A stretch of 63,995 bases of DNA, the filler included, from Perkinsus chesapeaki ATCC PRA-425 (lineage: Eukaryota > Protista > Perkinsozoa): the NCBI GenBank assembly GCA_013115145.1. It is 18 parts of 18 records of this genome, joined end to end, with 100 filler letters (N's around TTAATTAATTAA, not from the genome) between each part and the next. Parts side by side here need not be neighbours in the genome. Positions count along the whole stretch, not along the records: positions 60,239 to 61,358 come from JAAPAO010002185.1; positions 61,459 to 62,520 come from JAAPAO010002236.1; positions 62,621 to 63,995 come from JAAPAO010002005.1; 15 more parts are not named here. One strand, 5' to 3'. Positions 60,527 through 63,995 of this stretch are shown here, one piece after another. The notes beneath the pieces are model-generated. The model ran no database searches. It was not told where the DNA came from and saw nothing but the letters and a program-made list of their open reading frames with translations. A program made the position numbers and the translations under genes. The stretch's first letter is position 1, and every line of letters begins with the position of its first letter.

Positions 60527-60553
60527 GATGGCGTCGAATAACGCCTTGAAATG
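60527..60553 (-). promoter_or_regulatory. Histone 3' stem-loop-like element after H2A
   Basis: CATTTCAA-GGCGTT-ATTC-GACGCC-ATC; 6-bp stem, 4-nt loop, about 60 nt after the stop; identical copy at 61292-61318. Confidence 0.65.
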
Positions 60554-60604
60554 ATTAATGTACGCGCAATTCATCTGCAAGCAGAATGATGAAGATAGTT
60601 AAAT

Positions 60605-61018
60605 CTACATCTCCTGGGAAGCAGAGAAGCTCTTGCCTTTACTCTTCTTCGGGAGAAGGGTAGTGTGGATGTTAGGCAGAACTCCGCCGCTGGCGAGGGT
60701 AACACCGGCGAGGAATTTGTTCAGCTCCTCATCGTTGCGGACTGCAAGTTGGATGTGACGAGGGATGATCCTGGTCTTCTTGTGGTCACGAGCAGCGTTA
60801 CCCGCGAGCTCGAGAATCTCAGCAACGAGGTACTCAAGGACAGCAGCAAGGTAAACAGGAGCCCCGGAACCTACGCGCTTAGCGTAACGACCCTTCTTGA
60901 GGTATCTAGCGATACGACCAACGGGGAACTGTAAACCAGCCTTGGCAGAGCGGGACTTAGCTCCGCTGCCGCTCTTCTTGCCAGCCTTGCCACGACCACC
61001 TTTTCCTTTGCCAGACAT
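60605..61018 (-). CDS. H2A.X: Histone H2A with C-terminal SQEM (H2A.X-type), intronless, 137 aa
   Basis: [52 protein letters not shown]; terminal SQ-E-hydrophobic motif. Confidence 0.95.
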   Translation of the reverse strand: MSGKGKGGRGKAGKKSGSGAKSRSAKAGLQFPVGRIARYLKKGRYAKRVGSGAPVYLAAVLEYLVAEILELAGNAARDHKKTRIIPRHIQLAVRNDEELNKFLAGVTLASGGVLPNIHTTLLPKKSKGKSFSASQEM

Positions 61019-61091
61019 TATTATGCGAGTGTTTATAGAAGCTTGATAGGTCGGATTCCTCAAAGTTGGGCGAGTCTTTGGGCCAAGACAT

Positions 61092-61112
61092 TCTGATGGA
61101 AAAACCATAAAA
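61092..61112 (-). promoter_or_regulatory. 21-nt motif upstream of H2A, putative trans-splice acceptor
   Basis: Identical to 60368-60388; the AG lies 74 nt before the ATG. Confidence 0.55.
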
Positions 61113-61291
61113 CAGCAAAACAACACTACGTCTTTATTTGTCTTTTATTACCTTGTTTCAACGTCTATAGTACGAATGAGCTAAGAAGCAACGTCGAATT
61201 CACAAACAAAACAATCTGGGAATAGCAACATAAACATCAGAGACTTAAACCATGTAAACAAAGTGTACCATTTCCCGGAACTCGCAGTATA

Positions 61292-61318
61292 GATGGCGTC
61301 GAATAACGCCTTGAAATG
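61292..61318 (-). promoter_or_regulatory. Histone 3' stem-loop-like element after the putative H3
   Basis: Identical 27-mer to 60527-60553; the stem starts about 36 nt after TAA at 61347. Confidence 0.6.
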
Positions 61319-61346
61319 TGATGAGAATAATGTACCTCAGAGAGAC

Positions 61347-61358
61347 TTACGACCTCTC
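61347..61358 (-). CDS. H3: Last codons of a probable histone H3 (…ERS*)
   Basis: GAG AGG TCG TAA at the contig edge. ERS is the alveolate H3 C-terminus, and the same stem-loop as H2A follows. Only 3 residues are visible. Confidence 0.5.
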   Translation of the reverse strand, partial: ERS

Positions 61359-62305
61359 NNNNNNNNNNNNNNNNNNNNNNNNNNNNNNNNNNNNNNNNNN
61401 NNTTAATTAATTAANNNNNNNNNNNNNNNNNNNNNNNNNNNNNNNNNNNNNNNNNNNNATTAAGTTGAACTTGTTTAAGACTTGTTCACTTCGTTCCATT
61501 TGGCATTGAGTTGTCTATAGGAACATCAGATGACAACCGAGCATCAGCAAAAGGTGGTGCAGGCACCAAGCAAATCCCCATGAGTGTTTAAATTTCATTT
61601 TGAGCAGCCTCCCGTTTATGTTGTTGAGTTTAGCTGCTGAAATGCTACCTTTAGTCATATTATGTACCAAAGCTCCTTCGGCGCCTCGTCGACTGCTCTC
61701 GGCACGGAAGGTTCGAAGCTCCTACATGGCAGCTTCCTATCGTCAGGTCGGCATCATCAGTACAGTACAGACGCGAAGTCGCTGGATGAGGTTAGGTTGT
61801 TTATCGCGCTGGGGACTACCTATAGCTTCCTCAGATTGTTAATGGCTTCGATACGCCCGCCGAGAGTGCCAGGAAATTCGAGGCCTACTGTAGACAGCAG
61901 ACGTCTCTGGGCCGGGCAGGTAGGCGGCATTCGGGAGCGGGGCACGGAAAGGGTGACTGTCCTCAGGCACGACAAAGCTAAATGCTGAGATACTCAGCAA
62001 CCTACCGCAGATTCTGCTGTGCTTGTCAAGATGGCTTCGAGCTGAATCGAGTAACGATAGATAGATGACATTTGTCTTGTCACGGTTGTTGGCAGCAGGT
62101 ACGGTAGATGCTATGATCCTTAGAGTGTTCGATCCTAATGAGCCTTTCTTTGAGCTCATACGTTCACAGAGTGGCGCGCCAGGCCCGGCGGGTAGAGTGG
62201 TCACTGGTGGAAGTTTCAGGTAACTTTTGGGCTTGCAGGCTCATCTCAGCATTGATCGACTCAAAGTGAGGGTATTGGTGTCTTTACCTTCAATTAATGC
62301 GTATC

Positions 62306-62520
62306 ATTATAAATGTACAGTATCATCCTATTATAAATGTACAGTATCATTCTATTATAAATGTACAGTATCATTCTATTATAAATGTACAGTATCATTC
62401 TATTATAAATGTACAGTATCATCCTATTATAAATGTACAGTATCATTCTATTATAAATGTACAGTATCATTCTATTATAAATGTACAGTATCATCCTATT
62501 ATAAATGTACAGTATCATTC
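62306..62520. repeat. 24-bp minisatellite, about 9 copies, runs into the gap
   Basis: Unit attataaatgtacagtatcat(t/c)ct. Confidence 0.95.
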
Positions 62521-62838
62521 NNNNNNNNNNNNNNNNNNNNNNNNNNNNNNNNNNNNNNNNNNNNTTAATTAATTAANNNNNNNNNNNNNNNNNNNNNNNN
62601 NNNNNNNNNNNNNNNNNNNNGCTGAAACAGGGAGTTAGAACTTCGTATTCTACGGTACTGCCGGCCAGGGGCCTTAAGTTGCGTCAAATAACTAGCCAGG
62701 GGCCTCAAGCCTACGATCTCAAGTCGAAAACCTCACGAAGATGCTGAAAACTAACAGAGACGAGGCTGATGCTGTTCTTGGGAACCCGGCCCATGACGCG
62801 AGAAATGCCATAATACAGGCAAGCCAGGTTTTTCACTA

Positions 62839-63495
62839 GTGCCTCCCTGTAACATTTTTATGCCTGATAATGATGATTTAAACGTAGTTTTACATTCTCG
62901 TGTAGACCGAGGTTTAGTGCAAACAATTAATCGTAATGAAGCTCCTATTGCTTGGGTACCCCCAAGATCCTCTCGTCGTAGAAATAATGTACAATTATCA
63001 TCTTCTGCTTCGGCTTGTGCTCTGAATCGAACGGCAACAATTCTTCCATCTGATCAAACGGGCCCGTGTGAATCCCCCGCACCTTTCGATGACTGTGTGC
63101 GTCATAGCAGTGACTGTAGCCACGCGTCAATCATAGATGACGCTTCTTCTATGAGTAGTTTTCCAGAAAAGAAATCAAAAGAAAGTAAAAGAGGCCAAAC
63201 TTTTAAAAAGAAATGTAAAAGAAAATATAAAGAGGGGTATAAAAGGCCCAACTACGAGAATTTAGTAAACCCCCAAGTAGTAGTAGACAGTAGTATCAGC
63301 AGTAGTGGTAGTAGGAGTAGCTTCGGCGATTTTCTGCAAGATGGCACTGAAATATCTCCGAAAACAAATGCATCAGACGACCAATGCACTGAGAAATGTC
63401 CTATGCCCTTCTATGAAAAAAAGACGATAGAAGAAACGGTCCCAGCTCGAGAACAAACTCCGGTTCAACGACTAATATGGCACAACGCAAATTAA
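62839..63495 (+). CDS. Ser/Lys-rich ORF upstream of the LINE endonuclease (possible ORF1 or frameshifted 5' part)
   Basis: 218-aa intronless ORF whose end overlaps the APE frame. Confidence 0.35.
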   Translation: MPPCNIFMPDNDDLNVVLHSRVDRGLVQTINRNEAPIAWVPPRSSRRRNNVQLSSSASACALNRTATILPSDQTGPCESPAPFDDCVRHSSDCSHASIIDDASSMSSFPEKKSKESKRGQTFKKKCKRKYKEGYKRPNYENLVNPQVVVDSSISSSGSRSSFGDFLQDGTEISPKTNASDDQCTEKCPMPFYEKKTIEETVPAREQTPVQRLIWHNAN

Positions 63496-63995
63496 GAGGT
63501 ATGATGGGTACCCTAAGCTCTGGGATGGATATGAAGCTCACTGGTGGAGCCGAAACGACTAACAATGTATCTGCCAAGGAAGAGAAAGCCCGCACACGTC
63601 GCTGCACCGAGCGTAAGACTACGGGACTTCTGCATAAAGGTGAGAGGTTTTGGGTAGGATCGCTGAATATAAGGACAGCCGTAGATCTACACCAACAGAG
63701 CTCGCTCTGTGATGTTATTTGCTCCGAGAACCTGGATATAACTGTGATATGTGAATCAAAAACTGCTCTACCTTCGTTTCTAAGAGAGTTGAAAGTACTG
63801 AACTATGCGAATAAAGGGGTGAAAATTCTGCTTTCCAGAAAGGCACAGAATGCCTTGATAAACTGGGAAACGTTTGGCGAGCGCATAGCGTCATGTAGAT
63901 TGTGGTCTAATCATTTCCGTGTCACCGTCGTTGGGGTATACTGGCCAGCCATGAACCCCAAAACCCCTGAAGCAACATATGAAATCTTCTCCGAC
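63477..63995 (+). mobile_element. LINE APE-type endonuclease N-terminus, open to the window end (not in the ORF track)
   Basis: VGSLNIR, DITVICES, KGVKILL, RIASCRL, VTVVGVYWP; no stop from 63477 to 63995. Confidence 0.8.

Larger units (their letters stand above)
2454..62620. other. 17 artificial contig linkers (44 N + TTAATTAATTAA + 44 N); the window is 18 concatenated contigs
   Basis: Identical 100-bp spacers with six-frame stops start at 2454, 4334, 6290, 10547, 11665, 13477, 16397, 19888, 21104, 30089, 50060, 52147, 55470, 57223, 60139, 61359 and 62521. A separate 99-N gap without the 12-mer (24238-24336) is a scaffold gap. Confidence 0.97.

Noticed and set aside
5808-60934. Antisense or nested ORFs such as 5808-6341, 8440-8820, 9107-9391, 14764-15048, 51776-52123, 60665-60934
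   Set aside because: They overlap well-supported genes on the other strand or frame and have no motifs.
11347-62520. CRISPR-like arrays at 11347-11664, 24087-24418 and 62306-62520
   Set aside because: Units are contiguous with no unique spacers and no cas genes; they are minisatellites.
2498-62576. Recurrent TTAATTAATTAA as a biological repeat or regulatory site
   Set aside because: Always centred in 44+44 Ns; an artificial six-frame-stop linker. ORFs ending in X-runs are artefacts of it.

Overview
This is eukaryotic DNA, not a prokaryotic locus. It is 18 short contigs joined by an artificial 100-bp linker (44 N + TTAATTAATTAA + 44 N), so genes on different contigs are not real neighbours. 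A Perkinsus-like alveolate is the most likely source (inference). Supporting signs are short GT-AG introns, an H3 ending ERS, an H2A ending SQEM, a Perkinsus-type spliced-leader (SL) sequence and a tRNA-targeting Dada transposon. Mobile elements: a tyrosine-recombinase retrotransposon, an LTR gag, a BEL/Pao-like gag-pol, an RT-RNaseH LINE inserted in a Thr-codon array, a complete Dada element splitting tRNA-Ile, an intron-rich MULE/SWIM transposase, and RTE-like LINE pieces. Host genes: PPCS, a DEAD-box helicase, a urea transporter, a subtilisin, a WD40 protein, a secreted beta-propeller protein, an H3-H2A.X-H2B cluster and tRNAs. The strongest unexplained signal is a stereotyped scar, S[1-7]+revcomp(S)+S[2-8], built from a different 8-mer S at each site. 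By eye I found 18 compact copies (11 perfect) and 3 extended copies. It matches the expected footprint of hairpin-type excision of an 8-bp-TSD DNA transposon. Collapsing the scar back to S restores an open pol ORF at one site and extends the exact SL match from 13 to 15 nt at another. Exon boundaries and motif calls were made by eye; no database searches were run.
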